Origin: Vicugna vicugna
Lineage: Eukaryota
Direction: 5' to 3'
DNA length: 64,000 nucleotides
Assembly (NCBI GenBank): GCA_013265495.1
Contig: MU058584.1
Coordinates: forward strand, 2,608,508 to 2,672,507
Position 1 is the stretch's first letter. Each line of letters starts with the position of its first letter. Position numbers and translations under genes: made by a program. This document shows, piece after piece, positions 13,961 through 26,968 of this stretch. Below the pieces are notes generated by a model, which had not been told where the DNA came from, searched no databases, and saw only the letters and a program-made list of their open reading frames with translations.

Positions 13961-15399
13961 GTGGTGGTGGAATGTTGTAAGAGACCTGTGCAAAGACCTG
14001 GAGGCCAGAGAGAGCAGGTCAAGCTGGAGGAAGAGGAGGTCTGGGGACTAGAACCTGGAGGGCAAGGGGAAGAGGGAGGAGACAAGGCTGAAGATATTGA
14101 AAGTCAGACGTAGTGGTGACCACTCTGCCTTCAGAAAGATTGCTTGGCTTCAGGGCACACATAGGAAAAGAGCAGCCTCCCCACTTGCATGGACCATGGG
14201 AGAAACACCACTGTTATGGATGCAAGGGGTGGGCTTCAACCAGGGTCAGGAGAAGGGTCCAGAGCAGCTGGCCAGAGCCTCCTTCTCCTGCGCTAACTGA
14301 CGCATTGCAGCCCTAGGTCACGCCTCTTGGGGAAAGACGGACCACGCCTTTTGGCTAGAAGCTCATGGGGCAAGAACCCGCAACTTGCCTTGTGTTGACC
14401 CATGTGCCCCTTGACAGAGGTTCCACAGTGGCACATAGGCGGGCACGACCTTGGGGCTGGCAGGTCCAGCCTGAGCAGAGGGCAAGCCCAGAGCAGGTAG
14501 GAACAGAGCATCTGCCAATCACTGGGGCAGCTATGTCTCATGTCTCTTCCCCTACACTTCATCCTCGCCGCTGCTGCCAGAGGGGTCTGGTATAAAACAT
14601 ATCCGATCACATCTCTGGCCTGCTTAGCACTCCTAAAGCCTCTGGAGTTGCCAACACAGCTGGAGCCTTAGCCCAATCAAGGCAGTAGCCCCACAGTGTC
14701 CTAGCAGTCATCACGGTCTGCTCTTCTACGTGTTCCCATTTTTTAAAAAGCGACTTTCATTTAAGAATGGAATAGATGTGGGGAAAAAAAGAAGAATGGA
14801 ATAAATGAACCAGTAGAAATGGTTAATTTTATATCTCAACCACTGAGCACACATCTTTTTAAGATTCGGTGTGATGCTCTGGGAAGGACACACAAAGTGT
14901 CCTTCCTGAAGGATGCTGTGTCCACACACAGCTCTTAAGGGGATGTTCACACTGTGAGCTGAGCCAGCTGCTTTTTCTGCAGAATACCAATCTTCGTTGG
15001 GATAAGTGACTGACAAACTGTGATTATGCCGATTTAGGTATTTGTTAGACATTTTCTGAAAAAATGAGCAAAGTGAATCTGTCACTTCAAGGGGGAAAAA
15101 CTGACAGTTTTCACTGTCAATGATAAAATTCGAGCAGTCAAAAGAAAATTCGGCCCTTGAAAACTCACACGTGCTTGTGAGCTTGACAGCTCCCCAAGCC
15201 TTGAAGACTTTTCTGATGAGATCGGTGGTGATATTAATGAAAGCAGTGTTATTTAATATGGTGTAATGAAATGTGTCAACGTTGGGAAGAGCTGTCTAGC
15301 TCAGAGAACCAATAATTTTCCAAAAGACCAATGAATGATGTTACAGAATCAAGCATGGATTAAAAAACCCATTCAAAGTGCAAGATGGACTGGTGGATT

Positions 15400-16572
15400 G
15401 TTTTAAAATAAACTTTATCTTTTTACAACAGTTTTAGATTTAAAGAAAAAATTTTGATGATAGCTTGGAGAGTTTCCACATAACCTGTGCCCAAGCTTCC
15501 CCTAGACATCTTGTATTAGCCTCATACACTTGTTATGATTAATGAACCAATACGCATACATGATTATCATCTGAAATCCATTGTTTATTCAGATTTCCAG
15601 AGTTTTTACCTAATTAACCTTTTCTCTTCCAGGATCTTCCATCCAGAATATCACATTACATTTATTCACCAGGGGTTATCTTCCTCTGACAGTTTCTCAG
15701 ACTTTCCTTATTCGGGGTAAGCTTGACAGTTTTGAAGAATTATTGGTCAGGGATTTTTGCAGAATGTTCATATATATATATTTTTTTCTTTCTTTTTCTT
15801 TTTCCTTTTTAACGGAGGTACTGGGGATTGAACCCAGGACCTCATGCATGCCAAGCATGTGCTCTACCCCAGAGCTATACCCTCCACCCAGAATGTTCCT
15901 TGATTGGGATTTGTCTGATGTTTTTCTCATGATTCGACTGGAGTTATGGTTTGGGGGATAAAGAACACAGACATAAAGTGGTATATTCATCACATAATAT
16001 CAAAGGCATATATGATTTACCTGATGTATGGCTTTTGATGTTTGCTTTTGTCACGTGGCTGAGGTAGTGTTTCTAAGGTTCCTCTACTGTTACGTTATTG
16101 TCTCCTCCCTTTTCTTACTGTTATTATTGGAAGGAAATCATTAACTGCAGCCTGCACTTGACAGGTGGGGAATTAAGTTCCCCTTCCTTGCAGGCAGAGT
16201 ACGCATATAAATTATTTGGCCTTGTTCCCACGGGGGATTTAACCTTTTCTTCTCCATTTATTTGTTTATTCAATCACTCATGTATATCGATATGGATCCA
16301 TAATCTTTATTTTACACTTTGGGTTATAATCCAATACTTCTTTATTAACTTTGTTGCTTAAATTGTTCTAGCTTTGGCCACCGGAAGCTTTCAGTTGACT
16401 CCAGTGTCCCTTTGATGTATCCCCATCACTCGGGGTGTGTGTGTGTGTGTGTCAGTGTGTGTTTTGAGGGTCTTGTATATTTCCTGCCCCAGGCCTACCA
16501 GGATCAAGTCATTTCTCCCAGAAGCATCAATTCCTTATATTAGAGAATGGTATTAAAAACCAAGGTCTAGGA
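15400..16572 (-). mobile_element. Old L1 3' end (L1MB/MC-like)
   Basis: T-rich antisense L1 3' UTR-type sequence interrupting the Charlie element. Confidence 0.7.
15770..15888 (-). mobile_element. tRNA-derived SINE (vic-1-like)
   Basis: Reverse-complement tRNA-like head and poly-T tail. TSD cagaatgttc at 15760-15769 and 15889-15898. Confidence 0.85.
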
Positions 16573-18186
16573 GCTAGGTACCAGATTCAAATAACCTTTA
16601 AGGAACTACAGCTTGTCAAGTTTGGGTGTCATAGGAAAGAAGAATAGCCACAGAATCTTTAAAAAGTCTATTGAAATACTCCTTCTGCATGCACATCTTG
16701 ATGTATCTGCATAAAGCCACATTTAACAGACAGCAGTGCAGAAGCAGAAAGGAGATCCAGCTGTCGCTATGAAGCCAGACATTAAAAAGATGTGAAGAAT
16801 GTAAAACAAATGTAAAGCCAAATTATTTTTCTTTTGGAAAATATAGTTATTTTAAAATGTGATTAACATGTAATCATTTATTATTATTCTCTTAAGGAAG
16901 CTAATAGATATATTTTTTTATTTTTTATTTAAATTTCTAATATGGTAAATCCCAACAAGTACAGCTCACATAGACAGAAGATTGTCGCGTTTCTCAATAA
17001 TTTTTAAAAGCATAAATGGGCTCGGAGACAAAAATCTTTGAAGCTGCTGACTGAACCACACCGGACCAGTTGCTGTCTCCCTCCAGCCTCTTTCACCCTC
17101 CCGGGACCCTTTCCTACCTCTGATTAGGCTGGTGCTCAGATCCACCCTTCCGTTCTTTGCCTCCCGGCCAGCTCCCTCCCACCTCTCGAGATGCGCAGAT
17201 GTGTTCTGTGAAGCTATCCCTGAGCCCCTAAGGAGATTTAAGTTTGCCCTCTCCTCTGTCCCCCTGCCCTTGGTACAAATTTCTATCCCAATGTGTGTCA
17301 TGTAGTGATTGTAGTTTTGTGTCCCTGCTTCTCTCTTGAACAAGGGCAGGGACTCATGTGATTCGTCATTCTACCCTGGTGCAGGATGTAATGCCAGGCG
17401 CATATTTGGTCCTCGGGTATATTTGTTGAAGGAATAAATGAAAGTCTGAGCCAGTGACATCCATCTCTTCCCATGACTGCTGGCTTTACATTCATTTGCA
17501 CGAACGAAATAAATCCTCCATTTTTCTGGGGCAAAGGCCAAATGTTTATGTCTTGGAACTTTCATTTAATTCAGCAAATATTTTTCAGATGTCTGTTACA
17601 TGCCAGGCACTGTGCTAGGAACCAAAGATAAGAGACACATGTGTGGAGAGTTTGTCTAATGGAAAATAGCTCATCACTTTTATGGTTGTCCCCAATCTGC
17701 CTTCCATAGTTAAAGGTGTGCAGGACCACAGAGCACAGAGCAGTCAGCTGCATCCAAAGGCAGCCCTAATCCTGGGGCACAAATAGACCAAGGAGCAAGT
17801 AATTATCCTGTAAATTCAAAGATCGTAGGCAGCTCCCCTAGGTAAGGAAATGTAGAAAATACATTACGCAGGGCGGTGTTCAGATTTGCCCAGATTCAAC
17901 AACTCTTTGCTCTGATTCCTCTTGAATAAATGGTACACAAACTTGACCACATGCTTGTTCTCCCAGTACAAGGTAAAAGGAGGTAGAAAGATGAACAGAG
18001 GGAGATGATGTAAGAAGTTTAGACAATCCCCCTTGCAGTGCCTTTGGCCGGCAATGTGCAGTTCAGTGCTGGCGCGTTGCGGGTGCAGTGCAGCCAGACA
18101 CTTGTTCGGAGATTTCACGCTAGATCTGCAAAGGCTTCCTTTTTGCCACTTGCTCGGTATTTGAATTTTGGCCCAAGTTATCTAAA

Positions 18187-18416
18187 TGTGCGTTGTCCAA
18201 TCCAGCAGACCCAACTTTGACTCAGTGCTCAGTGAGCACTTGAAATGTGGCTGGTGGGACATGCTGAAAAATGCTGTTTGGAATATATTGGATTTAGTGA
18301 AACATAAGATTAAAGTCAATGTCATCCATTGCTTCCTGTTGTTTTTGTTTTAACATGGCTAATGGAACCGTTTAAATGACACAAGTGGCTCACATTATAT
18401 TCCGAATGGACAGCGG
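18187..18416. mobile_element. MER3/MER33-like MITE
   Basis: gttgtccaat...gagcacttgaaatgtggct...gtggctcacattatatt...tggacagc. Confidence 0.6.
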
Positions 18417-21400
18417 AGTACCCTGCAGCCTCAGTTCACCGTCTGATGTTCAGGGGAGCAGAGGCCCTGGTCTGAGTCATTTCCCTGCCCCATACCGACC
18501 GTTCTCTTGGCCAGAAACCCCTCCGTTTAACTCCAAGCGCTGGCCTCTGCCTGCCTTTGCAAAGGCAACGAACACAAGATCACTCAGAGCAGGCCCATGC
18601 CCTCCCCTGAGAACTTCACGTGGAACTCCCCACCTGAGAGGTAATCTCAAGGCAAATCTCAGACAGGCCATCAGGCCAGATCTGAGGACAAAGGAGGGGT
18701 TGTTGATGGAATGTTCCAGTCCCGACAAGAAGGTCAATTCTGAATTCATCCTTTCTCCTCTCCCCACCCTCCTGCACCCGAGGAGAATGTCAGTTCCCTG
18801 AGAAACTACCCCCCACCCCCACCGAAGGTCCCCATCTCTGAGCCTCCTGGTTTCCTGCCGCCAGAGTTCTCAGCCACAGCCCTGGAACCCAGGCAGGCGC
18901 GGAGCAGCCCCCCGAGAAGAGCTCCCTCTGAGCTGCTCAACTGGCCAGGCTGAACCCCAGACACGGGCCTGACAGCATGCAAAGCCTGGTTCAAACCATT
19001 TCCACGTGCAGAGTCTGTATTCATCAAAGGCGATCTTCCTCCACAAAGGAAAACAGGACAAGATTTAGTGGGTGTTCCCCATTTTTAAAGTTATCACCAT
19101 GTTTCCTGTTACTCGGGCCCAAGATGTCTTTAACGCCTTCCTCTTCTCCCCTTGTCTGATCAGTGGTCACTTCCGGTGACTTGTGCCACCAAGTCGTTCC
19201 TCCAGTTAGTGCCCCTGCCTCCCCTCCCCCGCCCCCCTGCCCCGGGCCACGACTTGGCCCAGAGTGACTGCAATAACCTCCCCCCGGATTCCATGCCGCT
19301 CCTGATCCTGCACTTCTGCTCCTCACCCCAATCTGGCAACCAGGCGTCCTTATCCCCATTTAGTGATAAGAGACAGAGATTTGAGGGGGGGGAAACGTGT
19401 GGCTGTAAGTGGCGGAACAATGAAGCAATCCGGAGTCCAGAGGGCTCTGGCGCTTCTCCCACATTGGTTTCCCCATCTCGGTGGAATGAAAATAAAGAAC
19501 TGAAGTCCTGTCTGTCCAAGCTGTGCCCGTGTCTCCACTGGTCCGTGTCTCCACTGATCCATGCCCGAACAACGAGGGAAAAGTTTAATCCATCCGCCAA
19601 GGCGTTCCAAACGTCTGACTGTCGGGGGCTGGAGGACCCGGCTGGCTGCCATGGTGGAGCCCTGACTCACTGGGAACTGTAATTAGGTCTCTGTTATGCT
19701 GCTGACTGGAGTTTGTTTTATACCTAGTTGTCTCATGTAGATCGTTAAGTCAATTGTCAGAAATTTTCTTAAATAAATATACTAAAAATATTGAATCATA
19801 TGCCTTGCCTCCTTACTAACCCCTAAGCTTTATAAGGATGAAAGCTGCCTCTTTGTCTTTACGGCATCCCATAACGGGGCCTCTGGCCAGTAGATGCTCG
19901 GGAAAGTTTTGTTGAGTTGAATGATTTCTGATGCCTGGTGGACAACGTCCCATCTGTTAAGGAGGCATCTGAGGTCCCTTCCAGTCCCCTCAGCTGTAAT
20001 TTAATTTCACAGCCTTGGGTCAGCCATCCCCCAATCCCCCTTCCCCCGCCTCCAGTATTCAAGCCACAATAGCCGTCTTCCCCCTATATACTGTGCTCTG
20101 CTCTAATTATTTCCTCTTCCCTGTATCCCTGGCATTCCCCTCATCTTTCAAGGCCCCGATTAAATATCCCCTCCACCATGATGTCATTCCTAACCCTTCT
20201 CCCACCTTGCCTCTGTGGAACTCAGCCCACCTCTTTGTTAAAAGTCTAGTGATATCATAACGATCTATCTACAAACCTCTTCTCACCCGCTAGAACAATA
20301 CTCTGTGGGGAAAGATTAATTATTTCCAGAGCCCAGTAAGGAAGGAAAATAGGCAGCTCTAAAATATTATTTTATTTTGTTGAAGGAGAATTCAACAAAG
20401 GCAAAGGAGTAAGGAGGCAGGACGTGGAGAAAGTGTCTTGATTCGAAAAAAGTTTTTTCTCAGATTAAAAAGGGGTCCCTGGCTTGATTAGGAGGAGAGG
20501 AGAGGGTGGGAGACTGCACAGGCTTCCTAGTGAGGTTATCAGAAGACCCAAGAGAAGTTCCTGCAAGATGTGTCAGGACCACGACGGCAACGAAAGAGGT
20601 AAAGATGGCGGGGGCTGCAGTGATGGGCATCTCGAGATGATGGCAGAGGGGCAACACCACATGGGCCCCTCCTCTTCCTCTTCGCCTACACGGACCCTGC
20701 CCAAGACCCAAGACTGTGACATGGTGGTGGGGTTGGAGAGGAAAACCCAGCCTGGTGGAAAAGGGACTGAAACTAGACACAGGTGGCCATATAGAAAATA
20801 AAGACAGATATGTTCCTTAGAAAGCTGAGTTTTCAAACTAAAACTCCTCCTCACTACTTCCGCCTGGTGACTGGCACAGAGATAGTTTGTAGTGTTGAGT
20901 GGATGAATGAATAAATAACTTCTTTAGATTTGCCACCAGATGCTGGACTTTTTATGGTAGGCCTAATGGGTACTTAATTGTTGGAGTTTGGGGGAAATAA
21001 TAAATAACAACATTGGTTTTGCTTCCCAAGTTTGTGACCAGCTGGCAATTATTACAAAGCAAACAGCCAAGAGGAAATTGTTTTTAAATCAGCTTTATTG
21101 GTAAATCTAATTAAAGAAAGAAGCTTAGATCTGTAGCCACATTCAAGATCTCTAACACAGTCCTCTGGAACGGAACTGTTCCCCAAGCTGCACTTCTGTC
21201 CCAGGAACCATCCACATGGATGAACCAAGAACACCTAAAGCTGAGCCCAGACCACAAATAGACACCAAAGATCCACAGACTCGACTGAGCCACGCATGCT
21301 CAGCAACTTTCCCCAAACCGTCCATCAGCTACTTTATCCTCCTCCTTCCGGGAGAAGCAAGTTGAGGGGAGGAATGAAGCCAGGAGCGTTCCTCTAGTGG

Positions 21401-21899
21401 AATTCTCCTCACAGAAACATGAGTCCAGAGGAATGAAGTTTCCTCTCTAAAATCCAAAAGTAGCTTGTTTCTGGCACGACATATGATTTGTGATGGATCA
21501 AGGCCATTTGGCCTCCCAAATGCCACAATCCTCTTCTAATGCCGTTGGATCGGTCCTCCACCCAAGCCTGTCTGTTCAAGGTGGAATGAGATAGCCCTGA
21601 TGACTCAGGTGCCTTTATGTCCTTTCCCCAGCTTCAGAGTAGGAGCAAACTTTCTTGGAATGACATTTCAGCCTCCTGTTTCCTGCTTTCTCCCCCGGGT
21701 TACAGCAGATGGTTGGAAATTTGTGTATTACAAGAAACAAAAGAGCGTTTTGAACCTCTTCAGCTCACATGTCTCCTGGATCCCCCGTTAGACACATATA
21801 ACCATTCTCAGGCTTTGTCCAAACTATAGCTTAGGGCTAGGATTAAGAGAAGATACCTGGCCAGGATGGGAGTGTGACTTCAGGCCAAACCTTCTCATA

Positions 21900-22050
21900 A
21901 ATACGTGTGTGTACATATGTGTGTATAAATACTAGGTACATATGTAGGTGTATGTAAGTAATGTAAGTATGGCTGTGTATATACATATATATGCATGTGT
22001 GCATACATATATATGTGAATAACTTGAATTGTGAATATGAATATATATGA
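21900..22050. repeat. Degenerate (TA/TG)n low-complexity tract
   Basis: Alternating purine-pyrimidine gtgtgtacatatgtgtgtata... Confidence 0.8.
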
Positions 22051-22442
22051 TTTTTAAAGTTGCCCTGGTAGCTAAAATTGAGGTATGTAGGAAACAAAGT
22101 ATAGAGTTGCCCATTCATTCTCCTTCTGGAAGTTGGGTAATCTGATCAAGCTCCACATTGACTGTAGATGCCCAAATCTACATAAGCTGTTTAGGGAAGT
22201 TTGTGATGAGGTGAATAAATAAGCAAACCACCCAGACATCCTTTCCTTTAAGGGACAAAGGACCCAGCTCTCGAGTCTGTGCTTTTTAGATCATCTGTAT
22301 ATTCTAAAGTCACCAGATGATCATTCCACCCTCTACCTGCTTTGCCTTGGTTCACTCGCATTACATAGGAATGCATTGTTGGGACATTCCACTTTTTATC
22401 CACATGAGGGGAACAAAATGGGCCTAGATTTCTTCCTAACTG

Positions 22443-22935
22443 GGTCAGGATTAGATTTGACTATGAGTCAAAGAAACACAAAACAATAACAACTTAAAAA
22501 TAAGAAAGTTTATTTTTTCTCTCACAGAGACGTTGGGACAGGGAGAGTTCAGGGTTAGAACTGACAGCAAAGCTCTCCTAAGTCCTCAGGAACCCAGGCT
22601 CCTTCGACCTTGCTGTAACACCACGTGTGGCCTCCATTCACAAATTCATCTCACAGCCTCAGATAGCTGCTCCGGTTCCAGCCATTACATCAGCATTCCA
22701 TCCAGAAAGAAGAAGGTGACATGGAAGAAGAAGGGAAGGACCCTTGCCAGTTGTCTTTTCAGGAAAGTACCTCAAAGATGCCATCTCACCAGGCAGGACT
22801 TAGTCAAATGAGCACAATTAACTGCACTGGAGTTTGAGAAATGTAGCTTTATTCCTAGTCACCTGGTACCAGCTGAAAATGGAGGGTATTATTTTAGGAG
22901 AGAATAGAATAAGGGGAATGACTAGCAGCCTCAGC
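22443..22935 (-). mobile_element. MaLR solo LTR (MLT1J/K-like)
   Basis: aacaacttaaaaataagaaagtttattttttctctcac signature. Confidence 0.6.
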
Positions 22936-23714
22936 CACACCTTGAAATAGGATGTCTTCGATCCGTGTTGGTAAATCACTGGCAATAAGCTCCCATCACC
23001 AACACTTTCACCATCAACCTCATTCAGTGCCTCAGATTCCACCACCATTCAACCCTCTCCTCCAACCAGAACGGTCTCTCTGCATCTGCTCTTGAACATG
23101 CCTTGCAGCCTTTCCTCTGTACTAGTACCTACCTTTTGTTTAGAACATCCTCCCTCTTTCTCTCTATCTTCCTAAATTCTATCCATCTTTGAAGGCTCAG
23201 TCCAAGCCCCTCCTTCTTGGTAAAGCCTCTTCTGTCCTTCCCTTTTCCCAATAACCTCTCTCTTTTCAGAACGCCCAAATCAATCTGACACCTGGCATAT
23301 GTAGGCATATATGTTGAGTTTGTGTGCACATCTTTTTCTTTCAACTAGATCTTAGGCTTCTTGTAGGTACCAAGAAAGGTAAGACGTCTCTAGACCTCTC
23401 ACAGCACCTGGGCACACATGTGTTTCTAAACGTCCTGTCACTTAGAAGTCAGGGTTGGGGGAACAATCATAAAGCTGAAAGCCGGGAGAAATGAATTAGA
23501 AACTGAACTCTGACCCTAAATAGCTCTGCAGCCTTGGGCTTAATTTCTCTGATCTATAAAAGGAAGGAAGTAACACCAGTCCAATCCGATCCAGAGAGCA
23601 GTGGTAAGGATCACACACACACACACACACCCCTTTGTACAATGCAAAACGCCACACAAATTTTAGGTATGCAGCTTTTGTCAAGGTTTTGTTTTGTTTT
23701 GTTGGGTTTTTTTG

Positions 23715-24180
23715 TTTGTTTGTTTGTTTGTTTTGCTTTTTAACTGCAAGTAATGGAAACCAACTCAGGCTAACTTGAGTAAAAAGGGTCTCTACTGGAA
23801 GAGCAGGGAAGATTCCTCACACAATCTTCAGGTACCCGGAACCCAGTCTTGGCAAAAGATGGGGAGCAAGGCAACTCTGGGGTCCAGATGGCAAGAACGG
23901 CTTGGACACCTCATCAGCAGCACCTCCAGGATGAACTAACACCAAACAAGTGCCCAACTCTGAGCCGCTCTCTCCGATGCGAGTCCTGGGAGGGGGTTGT
24001 TGGCCGATCTTTGGTTATGTGTCCCTCCTCCTTGGTTACAACAGCCCAGGTCACCCTGATTTATAGTCCCACAAAGTCTACCCACGATGAAGAAAGGTCA
24101 AAGCCCTGAAGGAAATCAAGGTGATGCTATCAGTAGAGTGCGTGGAGGCTGGATGGCCAGAAAGCAGCAAATGTCCACAA
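23715..24180 (-). mobile_element. MaLR solo LTR (MLT1K/L-like)
   Basis: actgcaagtaatggaaaccaactcaggctaacttgagtaaaaaggg signature. Confidence 0.55.
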
Positions 24181-24899
24181 TCGGCTTAATAAGCACGTGT
24201 TGATTGAGGGTCAGTGGCCCACTCCTTTGACTCTGAAGCCATTTTGCATTATGAGATATTTTAAGCAACTTCTCCAGACCTTATCAGTGAGCACCTTGGA
24301 AAACATCCATTTATCAGATCCCTTCCACCCACGGCAGTTAGAACAAGACCTTGTAGAGAGGAGACACCAAACTACTTACTAGATGAGGGGAGGGCACTGG
24401 AAGGGATGAAGAAAGTCTCAGCTCTGCCATTATTCTTTAAGTTTGAACTGACAAATTCTTTCCTCTGTTTCCCAATTTTGATTCCTGTGAGGTCCACCTG
24501 GAACTCTCCTTCTCAGCCTGTGATCTGGGCTCCCACTCTCATCTCTGCCCTAACGTCTAAGCCCCCAGGTGACAGATGGCTGCAGAAAACTCCCATGACC
24601 TGGCTGCTTCTCCTTGGGAGTCAGAGTACTTAAGGTGCCTTTGGAACTGGAATTTTATCTGTGTGCCTCTAAAAAATAAAACAAAACAGACCACTCCTCG
24701 ACAACTGTAAATCAGGCTACGGAAGACCCAACGCTGAGATTTAAAGGAGCTACAGTGAGACTAGGAGCCTCCTTATATCCAGTGAACCAGGGTGGGTGTG
24801 TTTTTCTTCTTCCTTGAATATGGTCTGAGACTCCCGTAAGCCCTTCATCAGTGACCAGACCCCAAGAGCAGCGTGTGGCCCCTGGCACAGTAACCGACA

Positions 24900-25100
24900 C
24901 ACATTGGATGCTCACCACGTGCCCAGTGCGGGGCGAAGTGCTTCACGTGGGCTTTCTCACTTACCCTCCTAACCCCTCTGAGGCAGCCGCGACACGTACC
25001 CTGCCTGCCAATGGCTGAGGCTCAGAGGCTCAGCAGGGGGAAGTAACTGGCCCAAGGCCACGCAGTCAGTAAGGGGGAGGAGCTGGATTCGATCTAGGCG
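24900..25100 (-). mobile_element. MIR SINE
   Basis: ctgaggctcagagg...aagtaactggcccaaggccacgcag (antisense core). Confidence 0.65.
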
Positions 25101-26187
25101 TGCCCCCCCTTTCAGCTGGAAGGGGAAAGAGAGAAGAAGAAAGGAAACACAATCCCCTGTGAAATCTTGGATGGAAGACAGGTGCCCTTCTAACACCAGT
25201 TCCCTCCCAGAGCTTGCATGTGAGCAAAAATACGAATTTCCATTGTGTTTGAGTGATTATCAGATCGGGAGGGGTGGTCACAGAAGGCAGCATTAGCCCT
25301 GTCCCTGCACATAGGCAGCTAACCCAGCTCTGCAGACTGCTTTGAGAAGGCCAAGTCTAGGCTGATCCTGCGGGATGAGTAGTTGTCGGTTAGGCAGACA
25401 CGATGGGTGAAGGTCTCAGCCTATGCTCTCTGGAAGCTGGAGGTGAAACCAGGGCTGGCCCGGTGGAGGCCAGTCTGAGATAGAGGCTTCCTGGGTGGGC
25501 TCCACTCGCCCAGTTTCTCTCCTTCCAGGCCCTCAGTGAGAGGGGAGCCAACCTCTAACGTGGGGTGCATGAGCTCAAGGTGGGGGTGGGAGGGTCTGAA
25601 CAGTTGCAGGTGGGTGAGGAAACATACAAAACAATGGTGCCCCCCTCTGAGTATGTCTTGTGGTCTTACGGCCACACTGTCTCCTGACCTCTTTTCTCCA
25701 TAAATGTAATCATCACCCATCCATATACCACATTGAAAATTGCTGAGAATTGTGGGAGAATCTATCAGGGGAGCCACTGTCTGTTGCTCTGACCCTGATC
25801 CTGGCAAGACATCTGCCTTCGGACCTGCGTGAAGAAACTTCCTCCTGCCCCATGACTCCGCTCCGATTCCTAAGCAAATGTTCTCATGATGTGTATCAAA
25901 AACTGCTCTGCCTCGAGGGAGTGAGCTTGCTGGTGAGGATGGAATACTCCTGGTGCCTCCTTCTTGGGGAGGAGGGAGGGGTGTGTGTAAGGACTGAGGT
26001 CTCTGAGTCCCTGTTGGCAGGAGGGTAAAAGCCACTTCCTCCTTATATTTTGCTCTAGACACTCAGTCACTCTTTCCCTTCATGTAAAGCTTCTTCCACG
26101 TCCCTGTTGACAAAAACATCCAGGTTCCCCAGTTCCCTGCCCACCAGCCCTGCCCTTGAATAAACACCAACTCATTTGTAAGAGGTT

Positions 26188-26193
26188 TTTAAT
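26188..26193 (-). terminator. Candidate polyadenylation signal ATTAAA
   Basis: tttaat on + strand. About 20 nt further along the minus strand is a GU-rich element (GTTGGTGTTTATT). Confidence 0.55.
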
Positions 26194-26773
26194 TTCATCT
26201 TGGTACGCCATTAAGGAGTGGAGTAAGGATCTCATTCGTTCTCATTCACATAGAGTCTGCTACATTCTCCAACTGATCCTCACCACGGAAGCCCGCAGGG
26301 CCATTACAGCATCTGCACGATTTTCACTCACCAGACTGGTTTGGGTTTCTTGGTGGTTTGCATAAATTATAAAAAAAAGAGCACAAAAATCACACAACAT
26401 AGACTCAGCCCATCAGGGGGCGCGTCCCCTCTGGCCATGCAGAGCGTGATGGGGACCAGCGGTTGGGTCCGGGGTCTGGTGATGGGTGACATCCCCAGGA
26501 GTGAGGCCGAGCCTGTCCTGGCCCCTCTCAGAGATGTCCTCCGTCTTCCCCATCAACCCGCTCTGGTTTCTCAGGAAGCCTCCTACCACAGAAGTGGCCC
26601 GTCCTAGCACCACATGGGAGGACAGGGGCGGAACTGTCCCCATGTACAATGGCAGCTGGGTTTTCTGTGTGCAGCGTCAGGAAAGCGCTGGAAGGAGGAG
26701 CCCTGGGTCTCCACCTGGACCCCCTCTGTCTCTATAAGCTCCAAGAGGCTGTTAGCAAACAGAGCCTCTGGGA

Positions 26774-26968
26774 CAGGGGTCAGCAAACTTTTTATATAAA
26801 GATCCAGACAGTACAGACAGTAACTGTTTCAGGCTGTCTGGGTCACATCCAATCTGTTGCATATTCTTCTCCTTCTTGTTTTTTTACAACTTTTTAAAAA
26901 TGTGAAGACTCTTCTTAGGGGGCAGACCATAAAATGCAGGCCTGTAGGCTGCAGTCTGCCAGCCCCTG
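26774..26968. mobile_element. MER58-like hAT MITE inside the LMX1A 3' UTR
   Basis: TIRs CAGGGGTCAGCAAAC / GTCTGCCAGCCCCTG. Confidence 0.75.

Larger units (their letters stand above)
14800..17050 (+). mobile_element. hAT-Charlie (Charlie1-like) DNA transposon fossil, split by an L1 at ~15400-16570
   Basis: Recognisable Charlie1-type segments (gtgaatctgtcacttcaagg...aatgataaaattcgagc; acctttaaggaactac) and a degenerate terminal repeat near 17050. Confidence 0.7.

Noticed and set aside
19527..19560. 16-bp tandem duplication ccgtgtctccactg(g/a)t (similar short duplications at ~47368, ~49270, ~57258)
   Set aside because: Ordinary slippage duplications with no supporting context.
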